DNA of 57,647 nucleotides, the filler included, from Sphacelaria rigidula (Eukaryota): assembly GCA_964200075.2 (NCBI GenBank). It is 7 parts of 7 records of this genome, joined end to end, with 100 filler letters (N's around TTAATTAATTAA, not from the genome) between each part and the next. Parts side by side here need not be neighbours in the genome. Positions count along the whole stretch, not along the records: positions 1 to 8,151 come from CAXNAA020012114.1; positions 8,252 to 16,402 come from CAXNAA020012115.1; 5 more parts are not named here. The stretch is one strand, 5' to 3'. The notes beneath the pieces were generated by a model. It was not told the origin of the DNA, did no database searches, and saw only the letters and a program-made list of their open reading frames with translations. How positions within the stretch are numbered: position 1 is the first letter of the stretch; each line of letters begins with the position of its first letter. The position numbers and the translations under genes are program-made. Positions 1 to 9,885 of this stretch are shown here, piece after piece.

Positions 1-1698
1 GACAAGCTTTTGGTCGGAAGGATGGTGCGTGCATGGAGTGTCAGTGTTTGTGCCTGGAATATTTGTCTCATCAGTCGAGGGTTGAATCTCATATACTGCA
101 ACGGAGGGGCGATGCCGGGGAAGGGCAGTTGTCGTGGTTGGGCCCGACAACTGATCTGTGCTTGGTGTTTCACCCTTATTGGCCAACAGAGGGGGCGAAT
201 CGTCATTGTGCAAAGCGGCATCAATTACATTTTCCAGCTTGGTCGGGACAGGAGACGATTCAGCGGGGCGCGGTGTTGAGTTTGATACGCCAATCAACTC
301 AATACCATCACTAGTTAGGGCCAAAATGGGAGGTTTTGGAGACGATTCGTCAGGACGCGGCGTTGGTAAAGCTGTACTGTTCAACCCGGAGTCTAGTAAA
401 GGGGCCAACGTAGGCGAGTTAGGAGACGAATCGTCTTGCGTAACACTTTGTCTGCCTGGTGATGAACACACGATTGAGGTGCCTTCATGACTAGGATGCG
501 AACGTCCATGAGTCGGCGAAGTCTCTGTCCCTACAGACGGCAACGCTTCATCGGAAATGGGTTCTAACGTAGTGCACGCGGGGTGGTCAGGGAGCAGTAA
601 CGATCTGTTCGAAATCTGGGGAGTACCGGCCTGTTTCACTCTAAGGTTTTCATCTATCTGAGCCCACACGCAATCTCCTCTTTGGAGTTTACGTGCGCTT
701 GCTACATCAGGGTTATCTACATGATCATCTGGAGGAGCCCGCCTCTGGTTACGCGTGTAGCGCACGAAAGGGTCGGCGGCTCCGGGAGCTATTGAAATGG
801 GTTCTTGGACAGTCGAACCTAGGTCACGCTCTTGGCGCACCACCTGAGTCTCTGTCACTTGAGGTTGCATTCCAACCCGCTGAGCGACGGAAAGCATGGG
901 TTCTTTGACACTTCCTACGATAGCCCCTCCCCCAAAAGTACATGGGTTTGAGAGGCAAAATCTTCACGTAAATCGAAATGGGGAAAGCCGAGCACAACGA
1001 GAAGCTGGGAACTCCCACGCCTGGGTTCGTTCTAGCCAATGTCGCCAATATGTGGCGTTTCATGCAGCCTAAACCCGGACATCAGGCGATGTATGGCCTT
1101 TTTTTTAGTGACACTTTTAGCTGGTTCTGGGGGGGGGCTATCGTAGAAAGTGTCCTTTGTGGTTGCGACCCTTCAAGGAATAATTACGCTCATCAAATAA
1201 AAGGGAACCGTGTATCGTAATTTTTGCGGAACTCGGTAGGGAGGTTAGCCGGCCACTTGAGCAGTTGGGGGGTGCTTGAGTGTGCGGCTTCGAATATGGT
1301 GTTCTCCGATGAACGGTCGGAGCGGCAGTCTCTATCGTACCAGGAGATATTTTGGCTCCTGATGCGTGAGAAAGTGTACTACATGACTTCCTCTCCTTCG
1401 AAGGGAGGGGATTCGATTGAATATGTTTAGTACCTGGTGAATGTAAAACTGGGTGATCAAATCCAGGATTAAAATGTCGGGTTTGGTCACTGCTCAATTG
1501 ATAGCCATGCAACGGTGCACGGGCTTCGACTTTCTTGGAATCCTTCAAGGCAGTGTTAGCATATCCAGGGAACCCACACCAAATGGTTGAACCCGCGGTG
1601 GCCACCGCTGATTCGTGCGTGTGATGTGTGTGACCTGGCCGAGCAAAAAACAGATGGTTGACATAAAATTGTTCGATACTTTTGCAGTGAATTACTGG
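1..1698 (-). pseudogene. Long Ser/Pro/Thr-rich reading frame of unknown function (possibly TE gag-like), interrupted by a MITE and running off the contig end
   Basis: Manual translation: the minus frame is stop-free from 906 down to base 1. It is missing from the ORF track because it has no stop. Removing the MITE (907-1154) plus one CTTT copy joins it in frame to the 1138..1605 ORF (..KGRNHK|EPMLSVAQ..). The frame is then open from 1698, about 482 codons. Confidence 0.6.
907..1154. mobile_element. 248-bp MITE with ~27-bp TIRs and 4-bp TSD (CTTT)
   Basis: The left end GACACTTCCTACGATAGCCCCTCCCCC matches the reverse complement of the right end GGGGGGGGGCTATCGTAGAAAGTGTC. CTTT lies at 903-906 and 1155-1158. 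Confidence 0.85.
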
Positions 1699-2151
1699 TC
1701 ATTGCTTATTTCTAATTGTGGGATTGTACGAACTTATGAGAAATGAACTACAGAAGTAGAAAAAAAAACAGGCCGGTGGCGGGGCTTAGGGTTTGGGCTA
1801 AGCAACGCGTCCTGGGATACCCCACCGTATGCTATTTGGAATCTCCGGAACTTGAAGAACATTCCCAAAAGGTTGTCAAGTTGTGAGGTGAGCATCAGTG
1901 CTGTGTGGGTACCGCCCTGGCGGGGTTCAGCCGCGGCACTAGGTCCACTCATGTGTAAACGTCTACCGTTTTGAGAATGGGCCGGTGCATGTGGTTGAAA
2001 ATGTGCCAGGTCAGGTGGGTCAGGCGGTGAATCAGCTGTCGCTTCTGGGGGGGAGCAGGCGACCGTACGAACGCAGTTGTGATTGCCAGACTTGCCAACA
2101 TAGGCCAAAATGACGCGAAGCTTCCAAGTGTCTCTTTGTCAACAGCTTATA

Positions 2152-2907
2152 TTATTTCTCCGCGATTTCCAGAGCCTTCGTGGATTCGCGTATCGCGCGT
2201 TCTAGTTCATTCTGTTTCGTTGGCTTCTTCTCGGGATGGACATCTACATTATGGGAGGCCTGATCGGGCTCCTGGGCACTTGTAGATACCTGTAGGCGGG
2301 CAAACTCCAACTCTCTGTGCTCAAGTTCAATGTGTGCTAGCTCGTTGCTGCGGATCTGATTCCAGCACGCTGTCTGTTCAGCCTCTGAAAAGTTGTACCA
2401 ATGGCGCCGGGGAATGAAGGCTAGACGCTTTTGCCGAAGCCGGTCGTGTGTTTCGTCACGCGTGGGCAGGTATTGTTCCAATTTGGGCGCCGTATCAAAA
2501 GCCAGAGTGGGGCGATCAGAGGGTTCAGAACCGGTTTGGGTGCAGAGGTCATCGTCAGGGGTTTTCATAGTATCAGGGATCACTTGGAGAGATGCCATCT
2601 GAGAATGAAGAGTGAGAACGCCGTCAGCGGTTCGAGTGGCTGGTTGGTGTACAGGGGAGTGGGCACCAACGGGGTTAGGATGAGCATGTGGAGGAGGATT
2701 GTCTTCATCCACATTCACGTCCCTGAAAATGCGTCCTGCAACAACGCCATAATCAACATCGGAACGTTCCGGTTCGTTGTTGCCAACCGTCTCACTACGT
2801 ATGATTTGGGTTGGCTGTACGGTTGTTTTACCATTGTTTGTAGGGAGCGCACCGTCCTTCATGACATCGTGCTCCGATGAAGTCGAAGAGCGGTTGATAC
2901 CAGACAT
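2152..2907 (-). CDS. 251-aa ATG-initiated ORF, probably the N-terminal part of the same degenerate long ORF; has a short coiled-coil-like stretch
   Basis: From the ORF track. Same strand and frame as the 1605/1698 frame. No diagnostic motif recognised. Confidence 0.35.
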   Translation of the reverse strand: MSGINRSSTSSEHDVMKDGALPTNNGKTTVQPTQIIRSETVGNNEPERSDVDYGVVAGRIFRDVNVDEDNPPPHAHPNPVGAHSPVHQPATRTADGVLTLHSQMASLQVIPDTMKTPDDDLCTQTGSEPSDRPTLAFDTAPKLEQYLPTRDETHDRLRQKRLAFIPRRHWYNFSEAEQTACWNQIRSNELAHIELEHRELEFARLQVSTSAQEPDQASHNVDVHPEKKPTKQNELERAIRESTKALEIAEK

Positions 2908-5900
2908 GGTTTGTACACTTGCGCAATTGCGCTAGATCGGTAACGTAGAGATGCAGAGGTTGAAAAGTGAACGTTTCGTCGTGGGAGTCAGCATAGTTGT
3001 TGAGGACTGAGGCGGAGTGAACAAAAATAAAAAGGAATAGAGTGGCAGGGTACTGTCGACAGTCGATCGACATGTAGTTCCGCGCAGTCCGCACATGCAT
3101 GAGGTCTACCACCTTTTCAGTCGGGTGCAGACGAAAGGGAAAAGAATATGTCGAAGGCACACAACAAACCGTATGTGTGTGTGTGTGTTGGTGGATAAAT
3201 TGTAACAGCGAGAGACAAGAAAACGAAGGTTGTCACAATCAACAGACATACAGTGACTGTTACCAGCGGAATAGCGCATTGGACAAAGCTGCATGTCATG
3301 AAGGGATATACGTATGGAACGCAGCGAACAGCAACGCCAAACCACTCAGTTCTGTGTTGAAAACATGTTGAGGTTGAGAAAGAAAACAACTGTCGGATGC
3401 GGTATGTCCAGAGGCAATATCAGCGCCGCTGGTGAAACTCATAACAGCACCGCCTGGTTCGCTGAAAACAGCCAAGTTGGGGTGTTTGTGACGTACATCG
3501 CACAGGTGAGACAATCAAAAGATGGACAAGTACGACCGCAATATAGATATGTAGTGCAGTACAAACAGCAACGCACAAAGTACCGGACAGTAAATGCTGG
3601 GTGGCACAGTACAGTACGTATGATCTTCGCGTGGTGCAATGGAGGGTCGGGTCAATGGTACAGCACCAATGTCAATTCGTTCGTATCACACGACGAAAAC
3701 CCGGCACAGCGCTATACCCGCGTCGTGTTCATATCTACAATGCAATATAGATGGCTTCGTTCAGATGGTGCAGCAGTACCAACGTATGCTACAGCACGGC
3801 ACCTAATCATCCGCAAGATATTACCCGCTGAGACCATTTGTAATTCAAACGGTGCTGTACTGTTGTCAGTACTTCAATTCGGAACAATATCTCAACGGTA
3901 TAGGTACGTAGCCTCCTGGACGATCAAGTATGTACTGCAGTGCGTGTTGGTGGGGCGGCAATCAAACTGTAGTGTACCCTGGTGCCGTGTGAAAATGAGA
4001 AGAGTACAGGGTCGAGAGCTTGTGTACAAGTAACATGGGCCTCGCGCCTCGCCGTGTTCAATCATGCTCGTGTACAGACAACATTCTCAATCCTGGTCCA
4101 TCGTGTGGCATCGATATAGTTCGGTGCGCATGGTGGCTTAACGTTCCGTGTTTGGAAGAAAAATCGTCTGCGCAGCGGGCGGCGATTGAAATAGGCCGCG
4201 TACTCGTTACCTGTAAGCATGAATCGGCGTATGTTGGGACTCATATCGGTCGATTCGGTTGATACAGAATCGACGGACTGTGAGCAGGGGCGCTTGCGGG
4301 GGCAGGTGGTCGGGGAGGCGTCGAAAAAGCTACGGGCCCGTGAGGGGTGAGGGGCGTATCTAAACAAGGAACGTGTGAGCGGCTTTATTATCCGAGATCC
4401 GCCTGTGGGTGAGAAAGGACACAGCACATCAGATCGAGTGCGTATGAAAACGCTATGCGTTCTCTGTACAGTGTATAACGTTACCAGAGAGAGCGCATCC
4501 GCCACAGTGGGTTGGCGTGTACCGTCGATATAACATGCAGGTTGCGGGGAATATGCTCGTGCAGCAAAAGAGGGCTTGCGTATGCGCTCGTACCTGAAGC
4601 GCCTCATGGTTCGATCGCCATTGCCTGAAACCAACGTGGGGACTGTATGACACATCGAAGACCTGCATCTAACTCGAGTCGGGGTGTCCGTCAAACTCCG
4701 AGTAAACGAGAAAACAGCTGTCTAAGAAGTTGTCTGATTACCTTGGTATATTACACCGCTAAATCGTGTACACAAATATCAAGTGAACACAAGGCCGAAA
4801 TACAAGGTTTTTGAGAGAAAGCCGTGAGCTGGTGTTTGGCTGTGTGTCACCAGCGGCCGACCGAGAAAGAAAAACCGTACAGCTTGTATGAAATAAGCTA
4901 CCTCTCTGAAGCCCCACAATGTGGCGGTAAAGGCAATACCGCAAGCAGTAAAACCGTATACGCCGAACGCAAGCAAGCCACACCCTTGTGAGGTGTCAGC
5001 AAGCGATCCTGGTTCGACTTGCTAAACTCAAACTGCCGTTTCAATCTCTCAATACAATAGCCCAGCTGTCAAAGGGGAAAACCACACAGCCCCGAAGCTA
5101 GAATACAATATCAATCGTGGATGAGGGTAAAAGTACAGCACAACAAGAGACTCACGTCAATTGCTGTGGCTCGCGACCGTGGAGGCAGAGAGACCGAAGG
5201 TGGTAGGTGATGGTTCAAAAGTTCCCCTTTATCCAATGGGCCTTTTGAGGCTGGTCGGTGTGTCGAGTGAACCCCGTAGGCGAGGGTCGGCGTACTGTTC
5301 GCCCTCATCCTGCCTCGCGTACAATCTCATCATACTACCAAATCAGCGTGACACGCCGTGCTTTTAGCCAATCAAGGCTGTAGTAGCAGAAGGTACACGC
5401 GGCTAATCGGGTACAACCCTAACCCTAACATCAACGTTTCAACAACATAAATAATCCAATTCCTGCCTTATACGGCATACATTCGACTAGAATCTTTCCA
5501 TACCCGCCGGTCGTTTTTGGGGACCCATCTGCGAATCCCAAAGAACTAGTTTAATTCAGGCACGCTCTCATTTACCATCACAGAATGATATGCACGCATA
5601 AAGAGCGAAAGCCTAAACAGTAGGACAGTGCCGTGGTAGGGTGTTACAGCAGGGTACAGAAGTATTGACAAGTACAGGCCCTGCATCTTGCAAACAGTGC
5701 GAAGTTACGAGTACAGGGTGTGCTTGCTTCGCAAACAAGGCACAAGTGCAGCCTGTACTTGTGACCTTGTACTGCTGCATTTCCGAGTACAGGCTGTCCT
5801 CTGCAAGCATAGACAGTTTAGTAGCGCAAGGTTGCAAATACAGGCTGTACTCGCGAACACGGTGGGTTGCTGTACTCTGCAAATACAGTACAGATAGTGT

Positions 5901-7019
5901 ACAACGATACAAGTACCCCCTGTATACTCTGCTTTCAAAGTAGTCCGAGGTAGGCAATCATTTGTTCGCGACAACGGGAGGCAGGCTCGCATTCGGCAGC
6001 GGTGATGTCGGTAATGTCTATGTTTCTACACCGTCTCACGGGGGGACTCACTTTGATATATCTTGGCATCGATTTCCTGGCCAGTTCATGGTTGCTCTCT
6101 CCTCTATCCCTAAGCAAAGCTTCACGAGTTAGTAAACCGGGCAGGAGAATCGGGGGCAGCTTCGAGCGAAAACGAGATTCGGCAGCTCTTCAGTGCGAGT
6201 AGGGCTCATGGCAAAAAATGGACGCCTCTGACGCTCCTGTTCGTTGCGTTGACGAGCACCCGTACAGTCTCAATTTGTTGCAGTGGAAGTCGAGAGACGT
6301 CTCTGCCCCTCGCGTGCGCTGCGACCAGAAGTACCCGTACGTTCGCCGTTTGTCGACACACCGGGAGTAGTCTTGGAGTAACTCGAACGAATCGCATACT
6401 CATCTTGAAAGTCGATCACGTACTTCAACGCCCCCTTCACCTCAGCCACGGACAGCTTCGGACGCACAAGCGAAGACAGTGCAGGGAGCAATGATACAGC
6501 TGAAGCTTCTTGAGGGTGTACAAAGTGGTTCGAACAGCCGGCTGTTGCGTGTGATGCCTCCAACCTCCAAAAGCGTCTCGATTGAAGTCGCGATAGTCAA
6601 GACTTGGAAGTTCAATCAAGGCTCGCTCTGCTCGAAAGAGGTCGAATTGGGTGTGTTTTGGAGTGCGCCCAGACACACGAGCGACACACAACATCGTGAG
6701 CACCAATGAAGCTAAAACTCGTTGAGGTCATCCGAAATGATGTTTGAAAAGCGATGGTTTGGTATTTCGCGCCGCGCGGCTTCGAATCAATTCGGGGGGG
6801 GGGAAAGTGCGTGGTTCAGGGCTTCGTAATGATGTCTGGACGGACAACTTTTTATATAGGATAAGTAGGAGCCTTTCCAGCCCTGACAATTCAGGGCCTC
6901 GAGGAAAATGAGTCGTTTTAGTTCCAAAATGCCCTTCCACGAAGCCCTTGGCATCCTTGAGTAGGATATCGACGTGTAGCTGCACACGCGGACAGATAGC
7001 ACCCTGTGGGGCACGTCTA

Positions 7020-7190
7020 CAGGGTTCAAGAAAATTGTGCAGTGTTTCTTGCGGAGATTTAGCTGTAGGATGTTTCTTTGCGCCACACAGTAGGCTTCAC
7101 AGGGTTTCAGGGAAACTGTGCAATGTTTGTCGCGGGGATTTGGTTGTAGATCTTTTTTCGTGCCGCACAGCACGCTTCACAGGGTTTCGT
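7020..7190. repeat. Degenerate 80-bp tandem repeat (about 2 copies)
   Basis: CAGGGTT recurs at 7020, 7100 and 7180 with similar intervening sequence. Confidence 0.7.
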
Positions 7191-8151
7191 CAACGCGATT
7201 ACTGTTCATTGTTATTAATATGTTGTACAGCCTTTATAGCGCACATACAATATACTCCATACAACATGGGCATGGTACTGGCAGAAAAAAACGATCGAGA
7301 TATTCCAGTGGTAGGAATTGAACTCATGATTGAGCCCGGAAGAGCGACCAGGTATATATTGAGCTACCCGATTTGTTGTCGACGTCACAATGTTTTTTGT
7401 GCTTCTAAAAACTGTTGAGCAAAAATGTCCATAAACGAAAGCATGATTGATTGAGTTATGTTTTCTTATCATTTAGTTTCTGTTGGTAGACACTGGACCG
7501 CGGGGTTTTCATAAGCGATGTGGATTTATATGCAAGGTACTTACCGTCAATCCAGCATCTTCACCACGCCTGCAGCGGAAGCGTCGCTTCGGAGCACAGG
7601 CGTGTGGAGATACACTCGTAAGCAAAGTGTGGGATCTCTATTCAGCAAAAGCTGTTGATAATTCATCCTTTAGCCCAGTTGGTGCATGAACTGGGGGGCA
7701 ACAGGATTAATTACTTTCAACAACGTTTTTTGCGTGTCGTATCCCATACGCTGATAACGGTGCAGTATGCGGGACACGCCCAGCTGACAACACGGGCTTT
7801 TACAAATTGGGAATGGTTCTTTTATTCGGGATGAGAAACCCGGAAATTAAAATCTTCGTGTCCACACCAAATCTTCGAAACATGATTCCATTTCTTCACC
7901 TACTGATGATACCTATTGACAACTACTACAAGCCATAGAAATTTGTATTTCAATAACCGAAACGTTGGGGTCTTAGGTGAAAATCCAATTTTGGGGAATT
8001 CTGGTTGTCCGAACGGACGCCACAATAGTTCCGAAATTGATTTTTGACTTATGACCCCAACAATTCGGTGGTCAAAATTCAAATCTATATGGTGTGTAGC
8101 AGTTAACGGCCGATTTTATATTTTGGGGTTCATACAAAATATGGGGCTGAA

Positions 8152-8251
8152 NNNNNNNNNNNNNNNNNNNNNNNNNNNNNNNNNNNNNNNNNNNNTTAAT
8201 TAATTAANNNNNNNNNNNNNNNNNNNNNNNNNNNNNNNNNNNNNNNNNNNN
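8152..8251. other. Artificial contig spacer
   Basis: N44-TTAATTAATTAA-N44. Confidence 0.98.
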
Positions 8252-8329
8252 CCCCTTGCCAGCGCTCTATCGACTGCAATCAGGACCTCTAATGTTGTGA
8301 CTTTCACCGTATCCTAGAGTTACTCGTCT

Positions 8330-8550
8330 GCCCCACTCTTTTCCAGAGTGTGTGCACTGGGGTTCTTAGCAGTACACTCCAAACATAGCCACCAGGCTAT
8401 ACATATATACCCCGCCCTTTTTCTTTTGGACCAATTTTTTACTGGGGTTTTCTCTCCTCTTTTTCCTTCTAAGAAAGTGCGTCCGACGGGAATCGAACTA
8501 GCGACTAACTTTTGTGACGGTTTAAGAGACAACCAACTAGACTACTGACT
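8330..8550 (-). mobile_element. tRNA-derived SINE
   Basis: The minus strand reads GTCAGTAGTCTAGTTGG (A-box-like) ... GTTCGATTCCC (B-box), followed by a non-tRNA body. The 3' boundary is approximate. Confidence 0.55.
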
Positions 8551-8616
8551 AGTCTTGGTCTTGGTCTTGACCAAGACTGGTCAGTAGTCTAGTTGGTTGT
8601 CTCTTAAACCGTCACA
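8513..8616. repeat. Near-perfect hairpin, 48-bp arms (47/48 identical), 8-nt loop
   Basis: 8513-8560 is the reverse complement of 8569-8616 with one mismatch. Confidence 0.95.
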
Positions 8617-9156
8617 CCTAGCACTGCCTCAGAACCTCCTTGGCTCTACTTCTCCAACTGCTCGCGATATCGCCGTATCGCTGGCGCAACTGGATTCGTC
8701 ATTCACATGGCGAGCCCCAAGATCGCTCTGCTCATTCGCATTATGCGGAAAACGAACCCCTGCAGCTTCGAGCATGCAAGGGGTGTCTTCAGCTACGCGC
8801 TGCTCCAGTGGTAACTTCGCCTACCCGGCATCCACCTTCCCTTCAAGCAGACACCCCGGCTAATCATTTGAATAATCTTCGGCCATATTTCCGGCGCAGA
8901 TAGGATCTTCATGAGCATGGAGAGCCCAAAACTCGCTCTGCACGCTCGCGTTACGCGAGTAACTCATCCCTGCAGCTTCGCCCTTTTCAACAGCTGTACC
9001 AGTGAATGCCAAATCAGCACCGTCTACTGTACTCTCGCGGTTCGTGCTGCTCTGTGTGTCCCTTCGGACAGACACATACGGTGTCACCTTCGCCCCCTTT
9101 GAAGTGGCGCCGCGTTGTTGCTTTAGACGCGGGAGAGCTCCAACTACTGCACTCTC

Positions 9157-9355
9157 GAGCAGTTATACAAAGAGCAGTCTTCGTTAAAACCGGACGTGAC
9201 CGGCGTACCTCGTATGCAAACATCATACATCCCGGAGTCCACCGATCATACTCTCAGACCCGTTATCCATCAAGTAGCCTAGAAACACCTGCTATGCATT
9301 TTGTCCACTGCAGTCATGTATCCAACCGAGGTAACAATGTTGCCTGGATTCTACA
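9157..9355 (-). mobile_element. Partial LTR copy, inverted relative to the 9418 and 9886 copies
   Basis: The reverse complement begins TGTAGAATCCAGGCAACATTGTTACC and aligns to the LTR at 9418/9886. Confidence 0.75.
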
Positions 9356-9417
9356 GCACCCCCAAAGCTCGCTTACTACCAACAAGTAGTCAACCTAGAG
9401 CTCGATAAACTCAGACA

Positions 9418-9885
9418 TGTAGACTCTGGGCAACATTGTTACCTTGATTCGGTACATAACCGCAGTGGAGAAAATGCATAGCAGGCGTTTAAAGTCTGGT
9501 TGATGGATAACGGGTCTCAGAGTATGATCGGTGGACTCCGTGATGTATGATGTTTGCATACGAGGTGCGTAGGTTACTTCTGCTTTCACGAAGACTGCTG
9601 TTTGTATAAGTTCTTGAGTCTCGAAGTCTCTGGAGCCCGTGACAAAGAGGAAGTCTCTGGAGCAGCACTGTGACCTTGTTCTGATTCCAGATAGGCTCAC
9701 ATGTCTGAGTTCATTCAGGAAACTCGTCGTTTCTGGATCAGCTTTTTGAAGCTGCACCCCACAGTCTGTAGAACGGGGGACGCTCGCGTTGAAGAACAGG
9801 GGGGGGCGGAAGCGGCGGAAAGAGAGACTCTGGTCATACATGCCAAGGCATTTGAAGTACAGAAGCCTATTAGAAGAATGCCAGC
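9418..9885 (+). mobile_element. LTR (9418-9733) plus leader; tandem copy of the unit starting at 9886
   Basis: Begins TGTAGACTCTGGGCAACATTGTTACC. The ~468-bp unit is repeated at 9886-10340. A TGG PBS-like start follows the putative LTR. Confidence 0.7.

Noticed and set aside
3314..4694. 239-aa and 210-aa ORFs
   Set aside because: No recognisable motif. Composition looks like non-coding repeat or leader DNA.
5414..5429. Telomere
   Set aside because: Only about 2.5 CCCTAA units, internal to the contig
8196..8207. TTAATTAATTAA palindrome repeated every ~8.25 kb
   Set aside because: It is an assembly linker inside N runs and has no biological periodicity.
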